Shown: positions 19,701 through 28,336 of the stretch, one piece after another | How positions within the stretch are numbered: position 1 is the first letter of the stretch | Layout of the letters: each line of letters begins with the position of its first letter | DNA from: Alphaproteobacteria bacterium | Lineage (GTDB): Bacteria > Pseudomonadota > Alphaproteobacteria > JANSWW01 | Assembly (NCBI GenBank): GCA_024743275.1 | Contig: JANSWW010000001.1 | Coordinates: 414,300-478,299, forward strand | Direction of reading: 5' to 3' | DNA length: 64,000 nt | The notes under the pieces: generated by a model | What the model saw: only the letters and a program-made list of their open reading frames with translations | Told to the model about the DNA's origin: nothing | The model's database searches: none | Made by a program: the position numbers and the translations under genes

Positions 19701-20942
19701 CTTGAAATAGAAGACGTCGGCCCCGGCTCCGCCAACCAGCACGTCGTCCGCCACGAAGGGCTGATCCGCATAGAGCCGGTTGTTGGCGCCGATCTCGCCC
19801 GCCGGATCGTCGACCGCCGGCAGATAGGCCTGGGCGATCTCCGGTTCCCCCGCATCGCTTTCCGAGATGAGGATGTCGTTGCCGGCGCCGCCTTGCAGCA
19901 CGTCGCTGCCGCGCCCGCCGTCGAGAACATCGTCCCCGTCGCCGCCGAGAAGGTCGTCGTCGCCGTCCCCGCCATTGAGGTCGTCCTGGCCGCCCGCGCC
20001 CGACAGCGTGTCGTTGCCCGCATCGGCGTGGATCTTGTCATGGGTCTCGGTACCGTTCAGCGCGTCGTCGGTGGGCACCACCGGGATCACCGGCTCCGGC
20101 GTCGTCGACGGCGCGGTCCCGGCGGCGAGTGCCGCGACCTCCTCCGGGGTCAGCGCGTCTTCCGGGGCGTAGCCGCCCCACAGCGCGACACCGTCGATCT
20201 CGCCCGAGAACGGATCGCGGGTCCAGCTGTCGGCGATCTCCACCGCCGAGCCGGTGTCACGGGTTCCGCCGGTGTCGCGACCCAGCACGATGGGCTTGTC
20301 GTTGGTCAGAAGGTGATACTCGGTATAGGTCGCCGGCGTGTCGTTGCGGCCCTCGATCTGGGTGAAGGCGTCGTCGGCGATCACCGTCCCGTTGACCTGG
20401 GCCGTTACGCCCGACGGCCCGAAGGTGAGCGCCACATGGCTCCATTCACCGGGCGTGAACACAACGTCGTTGGTCCGGAAGGCGTGATTGCCGCCCCCGT
20501 CGCCCGGGGCGACGCGAAAGGACAGCCGGCCGGCGTCGAGACCGACCCGGAGATGGCCGCCATCGTCCGATCCGCTCTCGTCCTTGGCCAGGAAGGTCTG
20601 ACGCCCGTCGATCGACATCGGTCGGACCCACATCGCCACCGTGCCATAGAGCACCTCATAGCTCGGATCGTGCGGGATGTAGCCGAAACGGTCACCGCCG
20701 AGGCTGAGCGCGCCCGTTTCCGATCCCGGCGCGCCGCCGGTGAGCGGGGCCGCGACCTCGGCGCCGCTGTTCCGGGCATGCATGCTGCCACCCGGTCCGC
20801 CCATGGCGTCCGTGAGCGTGGCACCGCTCGCCGTCTCGAAATCGAAGTAAAGGATCGGAGCCGGTACGCTCACCGCCGGCGTCGGCGACACGCTGGGAGA
20901 CGCCGGGACGATGTTCTCGATAAGACCTTCTGTCGTTTCCAT
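16707..20942 (-). CDS. giant (1411 aa) calcium-binding RTX-repeat protein with three LamG/concanavalin-like lectin domains; putative secreted adhesin or surface protein
   Basis: Start set at ATG 20942 (METTEG). Multiple blocks of GGxGxDxL nonapeptide repeats. Three homologous roughly 150-aa LamG-like segments (KDESGSDDGGHLRVG.., KDQSGSDDGGHFRLG.., SKDYSHQDIPGHMTAWV..). Two homologous ENNxHDHWVDSxGNDV modules. No N-terminal signal peptide is evident. Confidence 0.9.
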   Translation of the reverse strand: METTEGLIENIVPASPSVSPTPAVSVPAPILYFDFETASGATLTDAMGGPGGSMHARNSGAEVAAPLTGGAPGSETGALSLGGDRFGYIPHDPSYEVLYGTVAMWVRPMSIDGRQTFLAKDESGSDDGGHLRVGLDAGRLSFRVAPGDGGGNHAFRTNDVVFTPGEWSHVALTFGPSGVTAQVNGTVIADDAFTQIEGRNDTPATYTEYHLLTNDKPIVLGRDTGGTRDTGSAVEIADSWTRDPFSGEIDGVALWGGYAPEDALTPEEVAALAAGTAPSTTPEPVIPVVPTDDALNGTETHDKIHADAGNDTLSGAGGQDDLNGGDGDDDLLGGDGDDVLDGGRGSDVLQGGAGNDILISESDAGEPEIAQAYLPAVDDPAGEIGANNRLYADQPFVADDVLVGGAGADVFYFKPLINAKRDIILEHVREDGTINWKRVAGENNNVHDHWVDSIGNDVVADFNKAEGDKIVIYGHTVDARFASWDVNGDGDAETIIRLYSNQGRNGGAHNGDLLGHIVVFGDAVTEDDVQVDRRVTYGVIDHIDELLDAIDPSPLPSETAPEDFTDINVRALDFIAPAASPLDLFDDFFAPESREPDQPVTPFAERVIVRETTTEGTAEVVSGTEANDILYGGDGGDTVNGGAGADMLYGDKAAPVAKTTPHDAVSYWAFDALANGAVVDAQGTQDGSFYTVHERAPYIAVDGVPTTSGPTVLGGAPALTFDGSSFAMVEHSQAYETTNQTVALWVRVDDIGDRQAFVNKDQSGSDDGGHFRLGQDDGKLFVRIAPGNGDRNSSWETREAVLTEGEWAHVAVTFGTNGVEVYVNGSQLDNGAFRTKEGRQDIDDYKAGFLIANDNPWIIGADTHRVDDTDTAGVITTDRDFRDFLDGAVAGVGFWGGYRPEDALNAEQVLSLAANGPGVLGTAFKPDPVPLGDDVINGDGGADTIEAGAGDDQVSGGSEDDVVDAGYGNDSVSGDGGNDTLDGGHGEDTVYGGDGDDVILSRADAREPKLAQNYDPREDPDYEIDPVTLTYFPGQPIEGDDVLIGGGGADLFMFNPLINAKPHFLTEHTDPENRKIEWHQVAGENNEHHDHWVDSLGNDVILDFNRAEGDSIAVVGHTAEVYRITMGDADGDNVPDHSVIHVRSNQGRNGGAHQYDDLGTIQVFGDFVRESDIENDAGPAYGIVDTIDEYAEAVTPLYGQLATDDPFVPSPDLIGPSSLPTGAAFAIPRALTFDGEDGGQIEVGHFAAMEQANGTIALSFTADDTGGSNALFSKDYSHQDIPGHMTAWVKNGRLEVRLQSEDKSEYLRSAKNAIQEGQEHDVAISFGAAGFQLYLDGALVDQEVGFTQGLADNNLSLVLGASGAHRRDNRPLDARDEFDGVISDFAVYGSQLPVEQIALLGQDPVADPVVL

Positions 20943-21158
20943 GGAACCCTCCGTTAGGTGTCGCACCCCTTGCGAATAAGAAACGGAGACTCAATTCCAT
21001 GATTTATTAAAGAATCGCAAAAGATAAATCAGCCATTACTTTACCTGTATTTTGCAAAGAAATTTGCATAAAATACGTTCTATCGGCGACGCCATGGCCC
21101 ATTGCCGGGGCACAGCATCTATCGAAGTCTGGCGGCGCCTCACTTTGACGGAGCGCCT

Positions 21159-21401
21159 ATGCATCCTCTCTTCAACAATATCCGGGAGCCGGTGGTCTGC
21201 GCCAAATGCGCCGACGAATTCCAGGCCGGCGCCACGGACGCCGCATCCTTGCAGGAATACACGCGGATGGATGTCGGCTTCACCGACCGGGGACTTCAGG
21301 TCTGGTGCCGGCGACATCAGACCAACGTGGTCCACATCCACTTCGCGGGGGCCACGCCGGAAGCCGACTTCCGCTGCCTGGAGAAGAAGCCGAAGAACTG
21401 A
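21159..21401 (+). CDS. hypothetical small Cys-containing protein (80 aa)
   Basis: ATG 21159 is preceded by GGAG at -8. GC3-rich codon usage. Four Cys (CxxC plus two distal) suggest a possible Zn ribbon. No family recognised. Confidence 0.45.
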   Translation: MHPLFNNIREPVVCAKCADEFQAGATDAASLQEYTRMDVGFTDRGLQVWCRRHQTNVVHIHFAGATPEADFRCLEKKPKN

Positions 21402-21408
21402 TTCGCCG

Positions 21409-21567
21409 CTAGCGCTTCGCGATGATGTAGACCGCGTGGATGATCCCGGGAAAGTAGCCGAGCAGAGTCAGGAGGATGTTGAGCCAGAAATGGAGGCCGA
21501 TGCCGACCTGCAGGAACACGCCCAGAGGCGGCAACAGAATGGCGATCAGAATCCGGAGGATGTCCAT
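21409..21567 (-). CDS. Pmp3/YqaE (UPF0057) family small membrane proteolipid
   Basis: 52-aa two-TM peptide MDILRILIAILLPPLGVFLQ...IHAVYIIAKR at the 3' end of a 758-aa antisense shadow ORF. Only this terminal segment has a recognisable family signature. Confidence 0.75.
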   Translation of the reverse strand: MDILRILIAILLPPLGVFLQVGIGLHFWLNILLTLLGYFPGIIHAVYIIAKR

Positions 21568-21648
21568 TGCGCGCTCCTTGATGTGCAGAACAGCTATTCC
21601 CGAAAGCGCACTATACGGTGGACCGGCCCCTGCTGTTAAGGTCCCATC

Positions 21649-22881
21649 ATGCTCCGCGTTCTCTCGCATCCCGCCTTCGCCAAACTGTTCGCGGCCCAGA
21701 TCGTCGCCCTGCTCGGCACCGGGCTCTTGACCGTCGCCCTGGGCCTGCTGGCCTACGATCTCGCCGGCGAGAAGGCGGGGGCGGTCCTCGGCACGGCGCT
21801 GACGATCAAGATGATCGCCTATGTCGGGGTGGCGCCCCTGGCCAACGCGTTGACCGTGCGGCTCTCGCGCAAGGCGGTGCTGATCGGAACGGATCTGGCG
21901 CGGGCGGGCATCGCGCTGGCCCTGCCCTTCATCGACGCGGTCTGGCAGATCTATGTGCTGATCTTCCTGCTGCAGACCGCGTCGGCGACCTTCGCGCCCG
22001 CCTTCCAGGCGACGATCCCGGACATTCTCGAGGACGAGGCCGACTACACCCGTGCCCTGTCGCTGACCCGCCTGGCCTATGAGATCGAGAATCTGGTGAG
22101 CCCGACGGTCGCGGCCATCCTGCTGACGGTGATGAGCTATCACGGGCTGTTCGGCGGAACCGTGCTCGGCTTTCTCGGCTCGACGCTTCTGATCGCCTTC
22201 ACGGTACTGCCGAAATACACCGCCGCCGGTCGGGAGCGGCCCTTCTGGGACCGCGTTTCCCGGGGCACAAGGCTCTATCTCGCCACGCCGAGACTCCGCG
22301 GTCTTCTGGCCCTGACCATGACGGCGGCGGCGACGGGCGCCTTTGTGCTGGTCAACACGGTGGTGGTGGTCCGCGCCACCTATGGCGGATCGGAGACCGA
22401 TGTCGCCTATGCCCTGGCCGCCTTCGGGTTCGGGTCCATGGCCTCCGCCCTCGCCCTGCCCCGGGTTCTCGACCGGGTCCCGGACCGGGCGGTGATGCTC
22501 ACCTCGGCGGCGGTCCTCTGTCTTCTCACCCTGGGCCTGGTGCCGGTTCTCGCCGGCGACAGCCTTTTGTCCTGGGAGGCTTTCCTGATCGCCTGGGCCT
22601 TCATCGGCCTGTTCTATACGGGAATTCTCACGCCGTCCGGCCGGCTGTTGAAGCGGTCGTCGGGTCCCGAGGACCGGGGCCATTTGTTCACCGCGCAATT
22701 TGCCCTCTCCCATGCCTGCTGGCTGATAACCTATCCGGTGGCCGGTTGGACGGGCGCCAAATTCGGCTTCGATGCGGCGATGGCGGTCCTCGGCGCGCTC
22801 GCCTGTCTCGGGACCGTCGCCGCGCTGGTCGTCTGGCCGAGGCACGAGCCGGCGGAGCTGCCCGAGGACGGGACCGCGTAG
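21649..22881 (+). CDS. MFS transporter
   Basis: 410-aa 12-TM protein with MFS-like motifs. Confidence 0.8.
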   Translation: MLRVLSHPAFAKLFAAQIVALLGTGLLTVALGLLAYDLAGEKAGAVLGTALTIKMIAYVGVAPLANALTVRLSRKAVLIGTDLARAGIALALPFIDAVWQIYVLIFLLQTASATFAPAFQATIPDILEDEADYTRALSLTRLAYEIENLVSPTVAAILLTVMSYHGLFGGTVLGFLGSTLLIAFTVLPKYTAAGRERPFWDRVSRGTRLYLATPRLRGLLALTMTAAATGAFVLVNTVVVVRATYGGSETDVAYALAAFGFGSMASALALPRVLDRVPDRAVMLTSAAVLCLLTLGLVPVLAGDSLLSWEAFLIAWAFIGLFYTGILTPSGRLLKRSSGPEDRGHLFTAQFALSHACWLITYPVAGWTGAKFGFDAAMAVLGALACLGTVAALVVWPRHEPAELPEDGTA

Positions 22882-22959
22882 GGCCACCTGCCCAAAAGCC
22901 CGCTTGCCAATCGGCGGCGGGGTGCGGTTTCCTACTCGCCGCATAGACAGGGGGTGCGT

Positions 22960-24588
22960 ATGCGGCTTCATGCAGACCAGATTCTCACCGGCGGGAAGAT
23001 CGCCACGCTCGACCGGGACGACCGTTTCGTCGAGGCCCTGGCGATCCGCGACGGCGTGATCGTTGCCCTCGGCGGCGTCGGCGAGGTCGACGGCCTGCGC
23101 GGCCCGGAGACCGAGGTGATCGACCTGGCCGGCGCCACCGCGATTCCCGGGATCGTCGACAGTCATGCCCACCCCGACGCCTATGCCGCCCGCCTCACCA
23201 CCTGGGAGGACCTGTCCCCCGCCCGCATCCAGTCCAAGGAGGCGCTGCTGGCCCGGCTGTCCGATGCGGCGACGGAAAAGCGTCCCGGAGTCTGGCTCGC
23301 CGGCTACCGCTTCAACGAGAACAAATCCGGCGGCTATCCGACCCTCGCCGAGCTCGACGGGGCGACCGGCGACGTGCCGATGTTCATCCTGCGGACCGAC
23401 GGTCATCTCGGGCTTGCCAATTCCGCCGCCTTCGCCGCACTCGGCATCGACGAGACCACGCCCGACCCGGATTTCGGCGTCTTCGACAAGCATCCGGAGA
23501 CCGGCAAGCTGACCGGGCTGGTGCGGGAGACCGCCGCCCATTTGTTCCTCGACCGGGTCCATGCCCAGGACACGCCGGAGAGCATCGCCAACGGCCTTGA
23601 GCGGGTGTTCCAGGAGTGGGCCGCGCTCGGCATCACCACCACCTACAACTCGCTGACGCCATCCCGGGCGATCCAGGCCTATCAACGGATGAAGGACGCG
23701 GGCCGACTGAAGATGCGGGTCGGGATCATCGCCTCGGGGCGGGAGGACGGGCTGATCGAAAGCCTGATCGCCGCGGGCCTCAGGTCCGGCTTCGGCGACG
23801 ACCTTCTGCGGCTAATCGGAGTCGAATGGTGCCCGGACTGTTCCACCTCCGGCCGGACGGCGGCCTACTACGAGCCCTATATCGGTAAGAGGATCGAGGG
23901 TGAGCCGGACCACAACACCGGCATCCTGCTTTATGAGGCCGACGATCTCGCGGCGCGGGCGGCCAAGGCCCACACGGCCGGGCTCTTGGTGATGATCGAG
24001 GGGGTCGGCGACCGGGGCATCGACTTCGCCCTGGACGCGATTGAAGCGGCGCTCGCCGACCACCCGCTGGACGATCACCGGATGCGGGTCGAGCACTGCT
24101 GCTACGTCACGCCGGAGATCAGGGCACGGATCAAGCGGCTCGGTGTCGTCGACAGTTCGGCCACCGGCTTCATGTACGACCTCGGCGACGCCTATATCGC
24201 CAACCGGGGCCAAGAGGCGATGCGTCATATGTGGCCGCACCGCACCTTGATCGACGAAGGCATTCCCGCCCCGGGCCATTCCGACGCCATGGTCTGTCAG
24301 GCCAACCCGTTTCTAGCCCTCTGGTCGATGGTGAACCGGAAGTCCGACACCGGCGGCGACCTCTGCCGCGCGGAGGCGGTGACCCCGACCGAGGCGCTGC
24401 ACGCCTACACCACGCTCGGCGCCTATTCCGGCCGCGAAGAGCACCGCAAGGGATCGCTCGAAATCGGTAAACTCGGCGACGTGGCGATCCTCGACCGCGA
24501 TTACTTCACCATTCCCCCCGAAGAAATCCGCGATGTCCGGGTCACGCGGACCCTGCTGGGCGGCGAAACGATCTTCGAGGAAGGGTGA
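22960..24588 (+). CDS. amidohydrolase family metal-dependent hydrolase (amidohydrolase 3-like)
   Basis: The HxH metal motif (VDSHAHPD) lies near the N-terminus, and the length of about 540 aa is typical of Amidohydro_3. ATG 22960 is preceded by AGGGGG. An alternative GTG start lies at 22954. Confidence 0.8.
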   Translation: MRLHADQILTGGKIATLDRDDRFVEALAIRDGVIVALGGVGEVDGLRGPETEVIDLAGATAIPGIVDSHAHPDAYAARLTTWEDLSPARIQSKEALLARLSDAATEKRPGVWLAGYRFNENKSGGYPTLAELDGATGDVPMFILRTDGHLGLANSAAFAALGIDETTPDPDFGVFDKHPETGKLTGLVRETAAHLFLDRVHAQDTPESIANGLERVFQEWAALGITTTYNSLTPSRAIQAYQRMKDAGRLKMRVGIIASGREDGLIESLIAAGLRSGFGDDLLRLIGVEWCPDCSTSGRTAAYYEPYIGKRIEGEPDHNTGILLYEADDLAARAAKAHTAGLLVMIEGVGDRGIDFALDAIEAALADHPLDDHRMRVEHCCYVTPEIRARIKRLGVVDSSATGFMYDLGDAYIANRGQEAMRHMWPHRTLIDEGIPAPGHSDAMVCQANPFLALWSMVNRKSDTGGDLCRAEAVTPTEALHAYTTLGAYSGREEHRKGSLEIGKLGDVAILDRDYFTIPPEEIRDVRVTRTLLGGETIFEEG

Positions 24589-24591
24589 GCC

Positions 24592-25218
24592 GTGGCCGTC
24601 GAACCCTATACCGAGGCGGACGCCGCCCTGGTCGAGCTGGCCGAGCGCGACGGCCTGGCCTTCGCCGGCGACGCACCGCATCCGTTCCACCTCCGCAAGA
24701 CCATCGCAGACCGACTCTATAGGGTCGTCGACGCCCTGCCGCCCGGTCACAGGCTCGTCCTGTTCGAGGCGCACCGGACGCAATCGCGGCAGTTCCGGAT
24801 GTGGAACCGGCGTTTTGCCGAAATCGCCCGGACCCATCCGGAATTGGGTCTCGACGCGCTGATCACCGAGACCCGGCGCTGGGTGGCAGACCCGGTCGAC
24901 CGGCCGAGCGGCCATCAGGGCGGCACGGCGGTGGACGTGACGCTCGCGGTCGACGGACAGCAGCTCGATATGGGGACGGAGGTGGGGGAGTTCTCGAAGC
25001 TGACACCGACGGCGGCCCCGGGCCTCGCGCCGCTGGTGGTCGCCAACCGGGCGCGGCTCCGGGCGCTGATGGAAGCCCAAGGCTTCCTCAATTATGATGA
25101 GGAATGGTGGCATTTCTCCTATGGCGACCGCCTTTGGGCGGAGATGCGCGCCTATGGCACGGATACCGGCACGATTTCGCGGGTCGCCTATCCCTTCGGG
25201 CCGATCACGGCCTCTTGA
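24592..25218 (+). CDS. ddpX: D-alanyl-D-alanine dipeptidase (peptidase M15D, VanX/DdpX-like)
   Basis: M15D signature motifs SGHQGGTAVDVT and EWWHF. GTG start lies 4 nt after the amidohydrolase stop. Confidence 0.8.
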   Translation: MAVEPYTEADAALVELAERDGLAFAGDAPHPFHLRKTIADRLYRVVDALPPGHRLVLFEAHRTQSRQFRMWNRRFAEIARTHPELGLDALITETRRWVADPVDRPSGHQGGTAVDVTLAVDGQQLDMGTEVGEFSKLTPTAAPGLAPLVVANRARLRALMEAQGFLNYDEEWWHFSYGDRLWAEMRAYGTDTGTISRVAYPFGPITAS

Positions 25219-25441
25219 AGCGCGCCCGGCTGGCATTCGCGGGCCTTGCCCCAAAATCACCGATTTGTTGTGGCGTTCATCGGTTTGGCGCGATTGTTGC
25301 TTTGCCGCAGGAGGCTAAGAAACAGACATCCTTCGGGATTATGTGATACATTGAGGATTAGGCTGAAATCAGCGTTGGCGTCCGTTTGCCGGGCGCCCGG
25401 GCCCACCGCTCAGGGGGCCATGGTTTAGGAGGCGAAACGAC

Positions 25442-26302
25442 ATGTTAGTCATTGGCGGCGCGATCGGTGTCTTGATCGCCGTTTACGGTTCCTACATCGC
25501 CATGGGCGGCAAAATGGCCGTGCACTGGCAGCCCTTCGAATACACGCTGATCGGCGGGGCGGCGATCTTCGCCTTTATCATCGCCAACCCGATGCATACG
25601 CTGAAAGCGACGATCGGGCACGTGATGGCGGCGATCAAGGGGCCGAAATACAAGAAGGACGACTATCTCGAACTCCTGTCCCTGCTCTACGCCATTTTCA
25701 AGCTGGCGAAGACGAAGGGGATGCTGGCGATCGAAAGTCATGTGGAGCGGCCGGAGGAAAGCTCGCTATTCCAGTCCTTCCCGAAATTCGCCGCCAACCA
25801 CCACGCGCTCGAATTCCTGTGCGACTATCTGCGAATGATGACGCTCGGCACCGACAACCCGCACGAGATGGAAACGCTGCTCGACGAGGAAATCGAGACC
25901 CATCACCACGAAGAGATGGCCGTCGGTGACGCGGTGCAAACCATGGGCGACGGCTTTCCGGCGCTGGGCATCGTGGCCGCCGTGCTGGGCGTGATCAAAA
26001 CCATGGGCTCGATCACCGAGCCGCCGGAGGTTCTGGGGAAACTGATCGGCGCCGCTCTGGTCGGCACGTTCTTCGGGATCTTCATGGCTTACGGCTTCGT
26101 GGCGCCCCTCGCCTCGGCGATCAAGGGCGTCATCGCGGCCGACGGCAAGTATTTCGCGGTGATCAAGTCCGGCCTGCTCGCCCATATGTCCGGCTATGCG
26201 CCCGCGGTCTCCGTGGAGTTCGCGCGAAAACAGCTCTGGAGCCATGTCCGCCCCACCTTCTACGAGGTGGAAGAGGCCGTGGCGGCCCTGCCGCCGGTGT
26301 AA
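25442..26302 (+). CDS. motA: flagellar motor stator protein MotA
   Basis: 286 aa. Four TM helices with a large cytoplasmic loop. MotA/TolQ/ExbB channel family. Directly followed by motB. Confidence 0.9.
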   Translation: MLVIGGAIGVLIAVYGSYIAMGGKMAVHWQPFEYTLIGGAAIFAFIIANPMHTLKATIGHVMAAIKGPKYKKDDYLELLSLLYAIFKLAKTKGMLAIESHVERPEESSLFQSFPKFAANHHALEFLCDYLRMMTLGTDNPHEMETLLDEEIETHHHEEMAVGDAVQTMGDGFPALGIVAAVLGVIKTMGSITEPPEVLGKLIGAALVGTFFGIFMAYGFVAPLASAIKGVIAADGKYFAVIKSGLLAHMSGYAPAVSVEFARKQLWSHVRPTFYEVEEAVAALPPV

Positions 26303-26341
26303 TCGGCCCAACCCTCTAGGAGTTCAGGAAGAGCCAGCGCC

Positions 26342-27514
26342 ATGTCCGGGGACAATCACGGCGAAATCGTCATCAAAAAGGTCAAAAAGGGCGGTCATGG
26401 TGGACACCATGGCGGCGCTTGGAAGGTGGCCTATGCCGACTTCGTGACCGCGATGATGGCCTTCTTCCTGCTCTTGTGGCTGCTGAACGCGACGACGGAA
26501 GAGCAGAAGCTCGGCATCTCGAACTATTTCGATCCGACGGCGATCTCGCGGTCCACCCGCTCAGGCTCGGGCGGCGTGCTCGGGGGCATCTCGGTCACCG
26601 TTCCGGGCGCCCAGAAGTCCCCGTCCTCCCCGCCGACCATCTCGACTCCGGTGGCCGCGCGCCCCAACGCGGAGCAGACCGAGGCGATCGAGGCGGACTC
26701 AGACGATCCCGAGAACATCGAAAGCCGCTTTGGCGCCGACGAGGACGCCTTCGGGTCCAGCCAGTTCGAGTTAGGCACCGGCGATCTGGAAGGCGACAAG
26801 GGCAATTCCAGGGAACCGGGCACCGGCGGGACCGAGATCAAGTTCGGCGAAGGTGAGGAACAGGGCCTCACCCAGATCCGCGAGGGCGAAGGCGAGGATC
26901 AGGGCCTCTCCGACCGAAATGTCCGAGAAATCGCCAGGGACCAGCTCGACCGGCTGATCGAGGAACGCGAGCGCCAGGAATTCGAGAAGGTCGAGGCGCA
27001 GCTGAAGCAGGCGATCCAGGACACACCCGAACTGGAGGAACTGAAGGACAATCTCATCGTCGAGCAAACGCCGGAGGGCCTCAGAATCCAGATCGTCGAC
27101 CAGGAACAGCGCGCCATGTTCCCGAACGGCAGCGCCGACATGTTCGGTTATACCCAAGAGCTGATCGGCCAGGTCGCGACCATCGTCCAGCGGGTCCCCA
27201 ACAAGATGACGATCACCGGGCATACCGATGCTCTGCAGTTTGCCCCTGGCTCCGGCTATTCCAACTGGGAGCTTTCGGCCGACCGCGCGAATTCCAGCCG
27301 CCGGGCGCTGATCGATTCAGGCATCCCGGCCGAACGGATCGCCTGGGTCGTCGGCAAGGCGGACAACGATCCGCTGTTCCCGGAAGAGCCGACGTCGGCC
27401 CGGAACCGCCGCATCTCCATTGTGCTGCTGCGCGACTCGGTCCTGCGGGAGAGGCTCAACTCCTCCGAAGTCATCGAGGAGAGACAAAACAACGCCGCCG
27501 TCGTTTCCCAGTAG
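26342..27514 (+). CDS. motB: flagellar motor protein MotB (OmpA-like peptidoglycan-binding C-terminus)
   Basis: N-terminal TM with conserved Asp (YADFVTAMMAFF), a long Gly/Glu-rich linker, and a C-terminal OmpA-like domain (ITGHTD...SADRA). Confidence 0.9.
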   Translation: MSGDNHGEIVIKKVKKGGHGGHHGGAWKVAYADFVTAMMAFFLLLWLLNATTEEQKLGISNYFDPTAISRSTRSGSGGVLGGISVTVPGAQKSPSSPPTISTPVAARPNAEQTEAIEADSDDPENIESRFGADEDAFGSSQFELGTGDLEGDKGNSREPGTGGTEIKFGEGEEQGLTQIREGEGEDQGLSDRNVREIARDQLDRLIEERERQEFEKVEAQLKQAIQDTPELEELKDNLIVEQTPEGLRIQIVDQEQRAMFPNGSADMFGYTQELIGQVATIVQRVPNKMTITGHTDALQFAPGSGYSNWELSADRANSSRRALIDSGIPAERIAWVVGKADNDPLFPEEPTSARNRRISIVLLRDSVLRERLNSSEVIEERQNNAAVVSQ

Positions 27515-27613
27515 GACTTCATCAAGGATTTGGTAATGCTTTTGCGGGACGCTTATCGAGAATTGATCGTCGGTCCCCCTTGCTCCCCTATGGTTTAGGA
27601 ACAGATCACTCAC

Positions 27614-28336
27614 ATGTTTCTCGGCAATTCTGGGCTTGGTCTTCCCATCGTCTTTTACCGCACCGCGCCGATGCCCTGTCCTTATCTGGGGGACAAGATC
27701 GAGCGCCGGCTGATCGCCGATCTCGGGAAACCCGCCACCAAACAGGCCTATTCCACCCTCGCCGTCGCCGGGTTCCGGCGGTCGCAGAACATGATCTATC
27801 GGCCGGCCTGCCCGAACTGCAACGCCTGCCAGCCCGTTCGCATCGTGGTCGACGGCTTCAAACCGTCGAAGAGCCAGCGCCGGATCCTCAATCGCAACGC
27901 CCATCTGAGCGCCCGTGAGGTCGAGAACAACGCGACTTGGGAACAATACCGCCTGTTCTCGGCCTATCAGTCCCGGCGCCATTCCGGCGGCGAGATGTCC
28001 TTTATGACCTTCGACGACTACCGCGACATGATCGAGATCTCGCCGATCGCGACCTGGATGATCGAATACCGGGATCCAGACGGGGTGCTCGCGGCCTGCA
28101 TGCTGGTCGACGACCAGTCGGACGGCCTGTCGGCGGTCTACAGCTTTTTCGATCCCGAACTGGAAACGGACGGCCTGGGCACTTTGATGGTGCTCGACAT
28201 GGTCGAACAGACACGCAAGGCGGGGCTGCCCTATCTTTACCTCGGCTTTTTCGTACAGGGCAGTCGTAAGATGTCCTACAAGCGACGGTTCAAACCACTG
28301 GAAGCACTGGGCCAAGATGGCTGGCAACCCATCTAA
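27614..28336 (+). CDS. bpt: arginyl/leucyl-tRNA--protein transferase (Bpt/Ate1 family, N-end rule)
   Basis: 240 aa with the N-terminal Cys cluster CPYL...CPNCNAC and C-terminal Ate1_C-like region characteristic of bacterial Bpt. Confidence 0.85.
   Translation: MFLGNSGLGLPIVFYRTAPMPCPYLGDKIERRLIADLGKPATKQAYSTLAVAGFRRSQNMIYRPACPNCNACQPVRIVVDGFKPSKSQRRILNRNAHLSAREVENNATWEQYRLFSAYQSRRHSGGEMSFMTFDDYRDMIEISPIATWMIEYRDPDGVLAACMLVDDQSDGLSAVYSFFDPELETDGLGTLMVLDMVEQTRKAGLPYLYLGFFVQGSRKMSYKRRFKPLEALGQDGWQPI

Noticed and set aside
16539-20957. 1472-aa plus-strand ORF antisense to the RTX/LamG gene
   Set aside because: Arg/Gly/Asp/Val-rich low-complexity translation with no domain signatures. It is the exact complement of a gene that has clear RTX and LamG motifs, so it is a GC-driven shadow ORF.
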